DNA from: a virus
Taxonomy: Duplodnaviria > Caudoviricetes
Direction: 5' to 3' (one strand)
Length of the DNA: 58,443 nt
IMG/VR virus record: IMGVR_UViG_3300031758_000088
Span: 1-58,443 of that record
The position numbers and the translations under genes are program-made. The notes beneath the pieces were generated by a model, which worked only from the letters and a program-made list of their open reading frames with translations, was not told where the DNA came from and did not search any database. Of this stretch, positions 19,015-28,574 are shown piece after piece; positions within the stretch are counted from its first letter, which is position 1; each line of letters starts with the position of its first letter.

Positions 19015-19632
19015 TCAATTTCCCCTTTTGGTTAACATGGCGCTGGCGATCTCCAGCATGAATTTGGTTTGCTGTAAGTCTTCCGGGGGCTGTGTCCAGC
19101 CAACCGTAATCTGACCCACAAACCTCGGACTGTCTGGCGGAACACTGACTCGGCAGGTGAAGGTCACACCCTTCTCGATGTACCACAGCCCCACCTCAGA
19201 CTGTGCGTAGCGGTACTCAGAGCACGGAATCTCGTTGGTCATCAGCTTGACCACGTCTGCGTTGTTGGCTGAGTTCTGGCTGAACAGGCCCACGTCAATG
19301 TCCTCGATGCTCTTATCCCTTCCGTCCTTGGTGTACGCTTTGTACAGCACCCGGGAGTTGAACAGCGGGTTGACCTTGAAGATTGCCACCACGGCTGCAC
19401 CAGTCTGCTTGAACAGCATGGCGCTGGCATCGTCCGTGCGGGACGTGTTGATCTCCGGCAGCTTCTTGGACTCCTTGTAAGCGTCCCTCATGAAGTCTTG
19501 GTTCTGCCACAGGAAGTACCCGGCAAAGGCCACGATGCCCATGATGAGGATGGCAAACAGCTTGAACGGCGAGTCCACATACCCGAGCACCTTGTCGAGG
19601 GTGGAGTTGGCGTTGAGTTTTTCGTCGCTCAT
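19015..19632 (-). CDS. Membrane-anchored protein with GAF-like soluble domain (antiholin-like?)
   Basis: One N-terminal TM helix; position in lysis block. Confidence 0.45.
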   Translation of the reverse strand: MSDEKLNANSTLDKVLGYVDSPFKLFAILIMGIVAFAGYFLWQNQDFMRDAYKESKKLPEINTSRTDDASAMLFKQTGAAVVAIFKVNPLFNSRVLYKAYTKDGRDKSIEDIDVGLFSQNSANNADVVKLMTNEIPCSEYRYAQSEVGLWYIEKGVTFTCRVSVPPDSPRFVGQITVGWTQPPEDLQQTKFMLEIASAMLTKRGN

Positions 19633-20075
19633 CGGATGTACTTGATGTAGATGACAAGTCCGTAAATCAGCAGTCCAGCCAAGATCACGGAGGCCATGCC
19701 AATGGCAATGTACTCGGTCAACTGGGCTGCTCGCTCTGCCCTGCGAATCCTCTCGCGCTTGGCTGCTTCTTGCGCCTCACGCCTGCGCCGGGCTGCGGCT
19801 GCTTGGAAATTCACCCAGTCGTTCCACATGCCCGGACGGCCAGCGTAGACCATGCGCTCTCGGAGTTCTTCTTCCTGCTGCTTGAGCTGCTCAAGCGCCA
19901 TGAACTCCTCAAGATCGGAGCCACCACCCTTCTGGGTGGCTTTTTCCTGAATCTTGGCTTTGTTGTCGAAGTAGTCAAAGACCCGGCTACCAAGCTGGTG
20001 CAGCTCCTTGCCGTTGGCCAGAGCGCCCTTGATAACTGCGAAGGCTGCATTTGCTGCCGCAATCTCTGCCAACAT
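19629..20075 (-). CDS. Coiled-coil protein with C-terminal TM helix
   Basis: 148 aa; ATGA overlap with next gene. Confidence 0.6.
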   Translation of the reverse strand: MLAEIAAANAAFAVIKGALANGKELHQLGSRVFDYFDNKAKIQEKATQKGGGSDLEEFMALEQLKQQEEELRERMVYAGRPGMWNDWVNFQAAAARRRREAQEAAKRERIRRAERAAQLTEYIAIGMASVILAGLLIYGLVIYIKYIR

Positions 20076-20078
20076 ATT

Positions 20079-20171
20079 TCAAATCCAATAAAAAAGGGTT
20101 GCCCTGACTAGCAAGACAACCCCTGACACAAGGGCCGCTGCCGCTATGAACGACAACAGCCAGTCTCGCAT
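20079..20171 (-). CDS. 30-aa single-TM peptide (MRDWLLSFIAAAALVSGVVLLVRATLFYWI)
   Basis: Hand-translated; fills the gap between neighbours almost exactly. Confidence 0.5.
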   Translation of the reverse strand: MRDWLLSFIAAAALVSGVVLLVRATLFYWI

Positions 20172-20172
20172 C

Positions 20173-20355
20173 TTAGTCCGTGCCGCCTGCGGCAGCTTCT
20201 TCAGGCATGGCCTCCTTGGGTACTTGCACCTGCGGGATGGCTTGCTCCTGAATGGCTTGGATCAAACTGGTGACCTCTGCGTAAGGGCGGGTGCCCAAGT
20301 ATTGCAGAATGCCGTTGACCAAACCCAAGGACAGGGAAATGTTTTGCTCGTTCAT
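20173..20355 (-). CDS. Hypothetical protein (tail fibre accessory)
   Basis: GGAG SD before MNEQNISL. Confidence 0.65.
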   Translation of the reverse strand: MNEQNISLSLGLVNGILQYLGTRPYAEVTSLIQAIQEQAIPQVQVPKEAMPEEAAAGGTD

Positions 20356-20409
20356 TTGTTTCTCCAAAGCAGTGCGGTAAAGGGGCCGCACGAAACCCCA
20401 TGAACGTGA

Positions 20410-20715
20410 TTATGCCGCAGGTGCCCATGGCACGCCAGTGGCGGTCACGGGGTTTTTCTGCAAGGCAATGTTCTGAGCCAGAGCAGCTTCTGTAGCGTCC
20501 TTGTCCACACCAGATGTCCAGCACCAGTCCAGCACTTCTGCCTCGGTGACATCAGCGTAGGGAATGGTGGGAGTGCCAGCTTGCCATGAGCAGGTGGAGT
20601 AAATCGGTTGCGCGGTGTAGTCGCCATCAGTTGCACTGGCAGTCCAGTGTGCTGTGGTGATGAAGTCGTCCGAGGTCAGACGGTCGCATTGTGTGATTGT
20701 CCAAGTGATGTTCAT
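20410..20715 (-). CDS. Tail-fibre-associated small protein
   Basis: WTI..CD..IPYADVTEAEVLDW..GVPW pattern typical downstream of tail fibres. Confidence 0.7.
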   Translation of the reverse strand: MNITWTITQCDRLTSDDFITTAHWTASATDGDYTAQPIYSTCSWQAGTPTIPYADVTEAEVLDWCWTSGVDKDATEAALAQNIALQKNPVTATGVPWAPAA

Positions 20716-20718
20716 AAT

Positions 20719-20967
20719 TTACTCCTGTGTTTGTGCTGCTTGGTATGCGGCGATGACTTCGGCGGTGTGGGTGGCGGCGCAGATGGCCTGAACGCGAGCG
20801 TCCTCTTGGCTGTAATCCTGCCCCGGTGTTACCACATGGCGATGATACGAGGTGGACAGAACGCTGCCGTCCTCCACGATGCGTGTTGCAGTGCGAATTT
20901 GCACTGAGCCGTTTTCGATCACTTCGATCTTGTCAACGACGGTTTGTTTTTCGAGAGACATTTTCAT
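20719..20967 (-). CDS. Tail fibre chaperone-like protein
   Basis: VDKIEV..NG.VQ.R..YHRHV..PG.DYS.ED.RV; immediately after fibre. Confidence 0.7.
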   Translation of the reverse strand: MKMSLEKQTVVDKIEVIENGSVQIRTATRIVEDGSVLSTSYHRHVVTPGQDYSQEDARVQAICAATHTAEVIAAYQAAQTQE

Positions 20968-20983
20968 TTCCTTTCAAGGTCAG

Positions 20984-21003
20984 CCCCGGCAATCCAGCCG
21001 GGG
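20984..21003 (-). terminator. GC hairpin after tail fibre gene
   Basis: CCCCGGC-AATCCA-GCCGGGG; no strong U-tract. Confidence 0.35.
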
Positions 21004-21010
21004 TAATTGA

Positions 21011-24000
21011 TTAAACTTCGTAGTGTCCTGAGACGTAGACAGTCGCCGCCGTGTCAATGGCAAGCGAAGTTAGCGCACCAGCAGATGCAAATGTTGCCAT
21101 AGATGCTGTCGTGGCGTTTACATCAACAAACGCCGTCAACTGAGACGTGTATGTCAAGTTGTTCGCTCCAACCGCTAAAAAGTTAAAGCCGCTAGCCGTA
21201 TTTACTGACGTAAACGGTAGACCTGAAATCTTCATGTTTCCAGTTCCCGTGTGGGCAGACCAAGTAATCGCCACAGAGAAATAAACCCTGTTGCCAATCT
21301 TCGTGTATCTGCCAACTTGAGACGAATATGTCCCCGTCCCAGCCGTTGTCGTGCCAATAATCGTTGGAGTAAACGTCCCCTCCTCGTAGTCATCCAGCGC
21401 ATTTGCTGCGGCGGTGTCAGTACCAAACAGAATACCTGTGCTGGCTCGGATTTGACCAGACACATCTAGCTTTACGGCAGGAGAATTCGTCCCAATACCC
21501 AAATTCCCACTCGCATCCAGCGTCATCGCCTGAGTGAAGGTGATAGCGTTACCTGCTGTGCCGGAGGGGGCGGTGTACCAGATATGTTGACCGTTCAACT
21601 GCGTGTATTCGGTTGCAAAGCTGGAAGCGATGTATTTGCGTGCAGAGCCGTCAAAGAAGTAGTTGTACCCAAGGTACGCCGCTGCACTGGTTGCCCAGAA
21701 TGATGCGTTGCGGTTTTGCAGGGCTGTACTTGTAGACCCCCAAGCACTCGGAGTAACTCCCAAGCCGAGGTTGCCGGAGGAGTCAATGCGCATGCGTTCT
21801 ACGCCTGTCGCACTGGTGCTGTCTGATGTCGCAAAGGTCAGGCCAACCAAATTTCCAGCAGAATTCTCAATCACGCTGACAATCTTTGCCTTCGCGCCTG
21901 TACCGTTGGCAGAGGGATCGTTGGCGTAGAAGTCAATTTCACCGATGACGTTCCCGGTCGTCAGCGCCGTGTTGGAGTTTTCAAGCGTCAAGACCGCGCC
22001 AGTAGAGCCAGAGCCGCTTGGGTTAAGCAATGAGCGTGGCGAACTCGTCCCAATACCGAGGTTGCCGGAGGCGTCAAGGCGCATGCGCTCTGTGTCAGAA
22101 ACACCAAACGCCAACGGACGTGCTCCGTTAAAGAACTGTGTTGTGCCGTTGTCTTCAATGTAACCTGTACCAATAGAGACTGTTCCGCGAGTGCTACCAA
22201 CCTCCAGATGTGGGCCGTGAGTAACGACAGTTGGAATGACGCCAATACCCACGTTGCCGGAGGAGTCGATACGCATCCGTTCGGTGGGTGTTGCCGAGTT
22301 TGTTCCGTTGCCGAAGATAAGGTTGCCGCTACCATCGTTGTAGATTCGGCTGTCAAGGCCACCAGAGGGCACAGAGAGCAACAACTCAGGCGCAGCAGCC
22401 GTTACCAATAAGCGACCTTGGGCTTGGATGTCACCAACCACGTCAAGCGCGTAAGTAGGTGTAGTGATCCCAATACCCACGTTGCCTGCGCTGGTGATGC
22501 GGAGCTTCTCGGTTGCTGCTGCACCTGCTGCCGCTGTCCAGAAAGCCAACGCTCCGCTTGTCGCGGCAGATGCTGTGTCGGCAACAGACCGAATGCGGCT
22601 TACTGCTTGCGCCCCAACACCGCTGGTGTCGTTTGAGTAAAAGTCCAATGTTGCAACAATATCGCCAGCAGCCCATGACACCTTACTTTGTGTGTCCCGA
22701 ATGTTGAGGGTTGGAGTAGTGCCAGCCACATCAAGGTTGCCAACAGGCGAACTCGTCCCAATACCCACGTTGCCTGCGCTCGTGATGCGCATGGCTTCGG
22801 CGCTGGTGGGTGAAAACGTAAAGTAAGAACTGCCTGCGGTCGAAATAAAGTCTGTTCGGTTGGCGCTAGCTGCTCCATCCCCATAGTTGCGGATGTAAAA
22901 GTTATTACCCTGCCCTTGCAGATAAAGAGACGCAATCGAATTCGCTCCGGTGTTTTGGTTGCTTACTCGCAAACTTACTTCACTGTCAGCACTTTCCACT
23001 ACATCCAGCCTATAAGCGGGCGAACTCGTCCCAATGCCCACGTTACCGCCCGTGATGCGCATGGCTTCCGTAAACGTGGAGGAGCCGTAAGCCGCGTTTG
23101 TGTTGCTACCAAACCGTAACGGCCCAAAAGCAGAAAACCTAACCCCGGAACTGCTGCTAGGGTCATAATCAATAAACCCGTAACTGCCTGTATTGCTAAA
23201 CATCAAGCCAGTAGTTGCTCCAGAACCACCAGACGAATGTACAGAATAACCAGCTTTGGTTGTAGATACAGAAGTATTTACGGAGGCGTTAAGTGAAGTA
23301 CTCGTCCCAATACCCACGTCACCAGCAAAATAGTTCTGCGCTGTCCCGCTGGCGTAGATGTTCCACTTGTTCGTGCCGGAGGAGACAAGGCTGGTGATGC
23401 CGTAGTTGTTTGTGCCTTGGGTCTGGTCTTCAACGACCAAACCATACAAATTAGTGATGGTGCTGCCAGCGCCTTTTGTTGCATTAGCAGCTCTAATTGC
23501 GGCAACTGTCCCGGCAGTAAACGACGAAGCCGCTGTTGCTGGCCCAGACCAAATACCATTGATCTGATTAGTCCCATTTCCCACAGGAGCAGCAGCAATC
23601 CCGTACTGTATATTTCCAGTGGAAATTGTATTTGTGAGGTAAAGACCCACGTTGCTTGTGGCAGCACCACCCACCCCCATATACCCGTTCACTTGCACAG
23701 TGTCGGTAGAGGCGTCGCCGAGAACTGCATTGCCCGTGATGTTTAAACCACCAGCGCCAGCGTCTGTTGTGGTGCCGATGGACAAGCCGCCAGCGGATGA
23801 GATTCGCATGCGTTCTGCCCATGTTGCTGATCCAGTTCGCTGCCCGATCACAATGGCAGGTGCAAACTGACCACCAACGCTTACAGAGCCGATATAAGCG
23901 TGTTGCGTAACTCCAGTCGATGAAGTCGGCGACAGTTGAAGCATCGCCATCGTGCCGCTGGTGTTACTTGAGTTTCTGACAAATAAAGTAACGGCATCAT

Positions 24001-25078
24001 CAATTGGAGATGTAGTGCTTCCAGAGCCTGTATAAACAGTTGTGTTGCTTCCGTAAATGTTGAACAAAGACAAAGGCGAACTCGTCCCAACACCCAAATT
24101 CGTCCCATCAAACGTCAGCGCACTCCCCGTGGTCAGGACTTTGGAGCCGTTGAGGTAGGCCACGCCGTTGGCTGTGCCGCCGGACATGACTGGGTTGGCA
24201 GTGAAAGACACCACACCAGTGGAATCTGCAATCTGCATCCCGGCTGTGCCGTCCTTGGCCTTGATGTTGGTCACTTCAAGGTTGGTTAGGTCAAGAGAGC
24301 CGGTCAAAACGATGTTGCCGCCCACAGTGGCATTACCCGCCAAGAACAGGTTACGGGGCCGTGTAGCACCCGATGCGCCAATGTCGTAGGTGTTATCCGT
24401 GAAGATCAGGTTGGATGTGACGGTGCCGTTTACGGTGATGTTGTCCGCCGCTGCGTCACCCAGAGTCACTGCGCCCGAGAAGGTGGCTGCCGCTGCCGCG
24501 AGGGTCCCGGTCAGGGTGGGCGAAGCCGACAGGACGTTGTTGCCTGTACCGGTGTTTGTCACACTCACCACTTCTTTGCTGGAGTTCAGCGCCAGAGCGG
24601 TCGATGCAGTCAGGCCGGACAGCGTGGTCGTGCCGGAGATGGTGACGTTGGTGAACGAGCCGCCACCGCCAGTGTTGCTGATCTTGATGAAGTCAGAGCC
24701 GTTCCATGCAACAACAGCAGATTCGCCCTTGATGATGGTCACACCGGTTGTTGGGCCTGCGCCACGGAACACGATGGACTGTGTGCCGCCCGAGGCGTTG
24801 ATGACGGTGTAAATCTTGGACCGCGCAGGAGCCGTGATGTTGCGAGTCACTGTGCCCGATGCCGGGTTCCACAGGATGATGGCCTGACGCGCTTCGTTGG
24901 CTACGCCGTCCGTGGTGGTCAGCGTGACATCCGCATCGGTCGTCAGGGAGGTTGTGCCCGAGATGGCTGCGTCGATCAACGACGTTCCGGAGTCGTTCCA
25001 TATGTCACCCCAGTTTCCTGACAATTCGCCAGTTACTGGGAGCACGAGGCCGAGAAGAGAGGTGTATGAGCTTGCCAT
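21011..25078 (-). CDS. Tail fibre with about ten E(R/A)MRIxSxGNVGIGTxxP modules
   Basis: Repeated module separated by variable inserts; C-terminal LDDYEEGTFTP..GRYTKIGNRV domain; likely start MASSYTSLLG. Confidence 0.9.
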   Translation of the reverse strand: MASSYTSLLGLVLPVTGELSGNWGDIWNDSGTSLIDAAISGTTSLTTDADVTLTTTDGVANEARQAIILWNPASGTVTRNITAPARSKIYTVINASGGTQSIVFRGAGPTTGVTIIKGESAVVAWNGSDFIKISNTGGGGSFTNVTISGTTTLSGLTASTALALNSSKEVVSVTNTGTGNNVLSASPTLTGTLAAAAATFSGAVTLGDAAADNITVNGTVTSNLIFTDNTYDIGASGATRPRNLFLAGNATVGGNIVLTGSLDLTNLEVTNIKAKDGTAGMQIADSTGVVSFTANPVMSGGTANGVAYLNGSKVLTTGSALTFDGTNLGVGTSSPLSLFNIYGSNTTVYTGSGSTTSPIDDAVTLFVRNSSNTSGTMAMLQLSPTSSTGVTQHAYIGSVSVGGQFAPAIVIGQRTGSATWAERMRISSAGGLSIGTTTDAGAGGLNITGNAVLGDASTDTVQVNGYMGVGGAATSNVGLYLTNTISTGNIQYGIAAAPVGNGTNQINGIWSGPATAASSFTAGTVAAIRAANATKGAGSTITNLYGLVVEDQTQGTNNYGITSLVSSGTNKWNIYASGTAQNYFAGDVGIGTSTSLNASVNTSVSTTKAGYSVHSSGGSGATTGLMFSNTGSYGFIDYDPSSSSGVRFSAFGPLRFGSNTNAAYGSSTFTEAMRITGGNVGIGTSSPAYRLDVVESADSEVSLRVSNQNTGANSIASLYLQGQGNNFYIRNYGDGAASANRTDFISTAGSSYFTFSPTSAEAMRITSAGNVGIGTSSPVGNLDVAGTTPTLNIRDTQSKVSWAAGDIVATLDFYSNDTSGVGAQAVSRIRSVADTASAATSGALAFWTAAAGAAATEKLRITSAGNVGIGITTPTYALDVVGDIQAQGRLLVTAAAPELLLSVPSGGLDSRIYNDGSGNLIFGNGTNSATPTERMRIDSSGNVGIGVIPTVVTHGPHLEVGSTRGTVSIGTGYIEDNGTTQFFNGARPLAFGVSDTERMRLDASGNLGIGTSSPRSLLNPSGSGSTGAVLTLENSNTALTTGNVIGEIDFYANDPSANGTGAKAKIVSVIENSAGNLVGLTFATSDSTSATGVERMRIDSSGNLGLGVTPSAWGSTSTALQNRNASFWATSAAAYLGYNYFFDGSARKYIASSFATEYTQLNGQHIWYTAPSGTAGNAITFTQAMTLDASGNLGIGTNSPAVKLDVSGQIRASTGILFGTDTAAANALDDYEEGTFTPTIIGTTTAGTGTYSSQVGRYTKIGNRVYFSVAITWSAHTGTGNMKISGLPFTSVNTASGFNFLAVGANNLTYTSQLTAFVDVNATTASMATFASAGALTSLAIDTAATVYVSGHYEV

Positions 25079-25086
25079 GATTTTCC

Positions 25087-26055
25087 TTACGCAGCGATCT
25101 GCTGCCAATCCGGAGATTGCGTTGTCCCGACCTGCGCCCAGCCGGGTGATTGAGCGTCATTCACATTTTGCCAGTTTGGAGACTGGGTGTCACTGATTGT
25201 TGTCCAGTTGGCTGTTTGGGTGTCGCCAATCACGCCCCAGTCGGCGTCTTGGATGTCGTTGATCAGGCCCCAGACGTTCACCGAGCCCACGTAGCCCACA
25301 GCGTACACGCCTGTGACCAGCACTGTTGCACCACCAACCACCGCTACGCTGCCAATCTGGCCTTCTGCCTGCACCCCAGTGACGGGGACAATGATGGACA
25401 GGAGAATCGTGACGGTGCCGATCTCCCCGGTGGCCTCTACGCCCGTGACGTCAATGACGCCCGTGCCGGTTACCGTGACTGTGCCGATCTGACCCGTGGC
25501 CTGAACGCCAGACACCACCGCAGTGGCTCCGGCGGCAACCGTAACTGTGCCGACAGCTCCAGTGGCTTCTACGCCCGTAACCGGGACGTTGGCGTCAGCA
25601 CTGACCGTGGCTGTGCCGATTTGGCCTGTGGCTTGAACTCCAGTGGGGAATACGTTGGCGGTGCCCGTGACGGTGACTGTGCCTGTCTGACCGGTAGCTT
25701 GGACGCCTGTGACCTGCACAACCGCGCTGGCTGCAACGGTAACGGTGCCGACTTCGCCCGTGGCCTGTACGCCCGTGGGGAATACATTGGCTGTGCCGGT
25801 TACCGTGACGGTTCCGACTTCTCCGGTAGCCTGTACCCCGGTCGGGAAGACGTTGGCCGAAGCAACAACCGAAACAGTGCCGACTGCGCCGGTTGCCTGA
25901 ACGCCCGTAACAGAAACTGTCGCCCCGGCAGTAACCGTGACAGAGCCAACCGCACCAGTGGCGGTTACGTCTGTGTGACCAACACCCCAGCCTTGGGAGC
26001 CCCAGCCTACGCCGGAAGCACCCCATCCTTCAAAGGCTACGATTGCATTGGCCAC
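25087..26055 (-). CDS. Tail protein with ~20-aa tandem repeats (VTGVQATGxVGTVTV)
   Basis: About 12 repeats plus C-terminal W-x-x-I-x-D-x-Q repeats. Confidence 0.8.
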   Translation of the reverse strand: MANAIVAFEGWGASGVGWGSQGWGVGHTDVTATGAVGSVTVTAGATVSVTGVQATGAVGTVSVVASANVFPTGVQATGEVGTVTVTGTANVFPTGVQATGEVGTVTVAASAVVQVTGVQATGQTGTVTVTGTANVFPTGVQATGQIGTATVSADANVPVTGVEATGAVGTVTVAAGATAVVSGVQATGQIGTVTVTGTGVIDVTGVEATGEIGTVTILLSIIVPVTGVQAEGQIGSVAVVGGATVLVTGVYAVGYVGSVNVWGLINDIQDADWGVIGDTQTANWTTISDTQSPNWQNVNDAQSPGWAQVGTTQSPDWQQIAA

Positions 26056-26065
26056 CTACGCACCG

Positions 26066-26482
26066 TCAAGCAATCCGCACGATTGCCGAGGAGGCGTCGT
26101 TGGTTGGGAACTGGACCGTAAAGTCACCGGCAGTGGACGTTTTGTCAGCGCCGAAGTCCAGAACCGCAATGGCCTTGTTGGACTTGCTGCTGTTGTACAT
26201 CAACGCGCCGCGAGCAGTAATGGTCGCAGTTGACCATGTGGTGTCCGAGAAGTCCACGTAGGCGGTCGTGCCGGACAGGGAGACTGTTGCCCCGGTCAGC
26301 GTGTTGCCACCTGCGGTGTAGCCAGTGCCCACCACCTCGTCGGAAGTGGAATAGGCTGTTGTGGCCGCGCTCAAAGTGGCTGCACTGGTGTACAGGGCCA
26401 ACTTGATGACGTCCGTGTCGAGATCGTGCTCGCCCAGCAGAATCTGCTGTTTGAACGAGGAACAAAGAGCTTGTGTGATCAT
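26066..26482 (-). CDS. Virion structural protein
   Basis: SFK..L..H..D..KLALYT..GY.AGG..L..DF.D..W..TARGA..Y..DFG.DK. Confidence 0.75.
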   Translation of the reverse strand: MITQALCSSFKQQILLGEHDLDTDVIKLALYTSAATLSAATTAYSTSDEVVGTGYTAGGNTLTGATVSLSGTTAYVDFSDTTWSTATITARGALMYNSSKSNKAIAVLDFGADKTSTAGDFTVQFPTNDASSAIVRIA

Positions 26483-26486
26483 GTGT

Positions 26487-27239
26487 TTATCCTACGTAAG
26501 AAAATTTTAGACCCTTAACGGAAGGGTACTCACCGCCGCAAACCCGTTGGATTGATCTTTGAGAAATTCCGGTTTGTTTGGCAGCCTCAGTTCTGCAAGA
26601 GTACACAACTCCTGTTGTGTCGCATTGAATTTTTCTCTTTTTGGATTCGGCCATTCTGGAAATAATTTCCTGCCCATAACGCCGACCCATGCACGCAGCA
26701 CTCAGCTTTGCCTTGGATTCTTCCGACCATACTCTATTTCTGGCGGAGTCGCCAACAGCCTTCTTGCGTTTTTCTTCGTCTATCAGCAATCGGGCTTCCG
26801 CTAACTGTTTTGCAGCAACTGCTTTTTGCTCTGGGTTTTTTGCAAACCACTCCAGCTTTTGCTGCCTATTTCTTTCCCGCTGCTCAGCAGTTCGTTTTTT
26901 CCCAATGTTACTTAAGCGAATCTGCTCTTTCGTGGCGTCATCGTACTTTCGGCCAAAAGTAACCTCGCCCCCGTTGGTCTGGTTGTATGCTGGCGCAAGC
27001 TGCAAGATGATGTCTTTTTCCAATTGCGCCAAGACTTCTTTTTTGACTGCGCTGGCATACTCCTCCACACAAAATGTGGACGCTCCGTATTTTGCAATTG
27101 CTCTGTGAAAGTGTGTTTTTGGCGAACGAGAGTAAGTCACATGATTTGCCCAGCGCCGTGCAACACCAACCGTAGTAAGGCCAACATACTGCTTGCCCGT
27201 TTCGGTGTTTGTTGCTACATAAATGACGCCGTGCTTCAC
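26487..27239 (-). mobile_element. Free-standing GIY-YIG homing endonuclease with NUMOD3-like repeats and C-terminal HTH
   Basis: GVIY..TN..TGKQYVGLT..RW..H; LEK..I..YNQTNGG; more AT-rich than flanks. Confidence 0.88.
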
Positions 27240-27250
27240 GTAGCCTCCTG

Positions 27251-27904
27251 TTAATTGACTTGGATGCGCACTTGCCCATCCCGGTACGCGTCTCCGCGCT
27301 GTTTGCCGTCACCCAAGTTCTTGAGCAGTGCAATCGACTGAAGATACATATCTTGGTACAGCTTGACCATCTGCTCTTCACCCTTCATGTACCGGATTGC
27401 TTCGACCAAAGCACCGTTGAGCAGCGCGGAGTCAAAGTTCTCACCCAGCCACGTATCACCCGCAGTCACGATGGACTCCGGCACATAGTAGTAATGAAGT
27501 TCTACATTGTAAGCAGCATTTGGTGTTGGGCCAAGGATGAAGCTCAGCTCGTTCACATCGTCCGAGCGTGGCCCGAAGATGGCGTAGTGCTTTGGCTTGC
27601 CTGTGGTCGCCGGATTGGGGTACGCCTGACGGATGAAGTTGACATCCTTGTTCAGCAAGAACTCATACGCACCACCGGCCACCGGGTACACGGCCAGCGA
27701 GTACACCGACAGGAAGTCCGAGGGGGCTTGCAAATACTGGTTTGACGCAGTGATCGACCCGGTGACGTTCTTGCGCAAGTTGGCAAGCTGCACCGTGTTG
27801 TAGATGCGCTGCTCCGCCTGCTTCGTGAAGAGCGCGTACTCCTCCTCTGTGAACTCGTTTTCACAGATTCGAGCGATGTTTTCTTGAAGCTCGACGTAGT
27901 TCAT
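27251..27904 (-). CDS. Head-tail adaptor protein
   Basis: AEQRIY..L..G.P.HYA..GPTP..Y.VELHYY..LL.GALVEA. Confidence 0.75.
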   Translation of the reverse strand: MNYVELQENIARICENEFTEEEYALFTKQAEQRIYNTVQLANLRKNVTGSITASNQYLQAPSDFLSVYSLAVYPVAGGAYEFLLNKDVNFIRQAYPNPATTGKPKHYAIFGPRSDDVNELSFILGPTPNAAYNVELHYYYVPESIVTAGDTWLGENFDSALLNGALVEAIRYMKGEEQMVKLYQDMYLQSIALLKNLGDGKQRGDAYRDGQVRIQVN

Positions 27905-27907
27905 GTC

Positions 27908-28177
27908 TTATGCCATTGGGCCTCGGGCCATGGTGCCTTTGGTGGCTGCGCCAGTACCACGGATTTTGATGCCGCTGGTCTTGGTGGGCTTGCCGTCAGG
28001 CTTGTTGCTGAACGTGCCAACGCTCATGTCCACGGTGTCCACACGGCTGTGGTTTGGCTCTTTGCCGGGGTTGGTTTGGGCCTTCACAACCTTGCCCGAC
28101 ATGGTGTGGGGCTTGGCATAAACGCTGGCGGAGCCAACTTCTTTGCCCATCATCTTTTTGCTGAATGTAGCCATCAT
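27908..28177 (-). CDS. Small basic protein
   Basis: K-rich; C-terminal IRGTGAATKG. Confidence 0.65.
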   Translation of the reverse strand: MMATFSKKMMGKEVGSASVYAKPHTMSGKVVKAQTNPGKEPNHSRVDTVDMSVGTFSNKPDGKPTKTSGIKIRGTGAATKGTMARGPMA

Positions 28178-28184
28178 GGGCTCC

Positions 28185-28574
28185 TTATGTCGTTTGAACT
28201 GTAACTGTACCAACAAACCCTGCTGCCACCAAGTCGTTTGGCGTCAGCGCGTCATCAAACAAGCGTGAACCGCCTACGGGTGCCCAGCCCCACTGGATGT
28301 CCCGAGACCCCCCAGAGACATTCCCATTGACGTTCAAGCCAGACACAAAATACGTTGTGTCGCGCCGTGAGTTACGCAGGGCCTGTGGGTCATCCACCGG
28401 GAACGTGCCGAGCATCAACTGAGGATGATCCGGGTCCCAGCACTCTGGACACACCAGCAACTCATACCTGCGCTGCTTGATGATCTCCGTGCGCAACTTC
28501 TTAAGCTGGTACTGCTGACCACACCTGTCGCACTCGGCAATCGCTATGCGGCCTGAAGCAAACCGGTTGGGCAT
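28185..28574 (-). CDS. Zinc-finger protein (CDRC..CPEC)
   Basis: Likely start MPNRFASG adjoining upstream stop; two CxxC. Confidence 0.7.
   Translation of the reverse strand: MPNRFASGRIAIAECDRCGQQYQLKKLRTEIIKQRRYELLVCPECWDPDHPQLMLGTFPVDDPQALRNSRRDTTYFVSGLNVNGNVSGGSRDIQWGWAPVGGSRLFDDALTPNDLVAAGFVGTVTVQTT

Noticed and set aside
21011-25078. Diversity-generating retroelement or invertible tail fibre
   Set aside because: No reverse transcriptase, template repeat or invertase in the window
26483-27250. Group I intron around the GIY-YIG gene
   Set aside because: Flanking genes look complete and there is no non-coding space for intron structure
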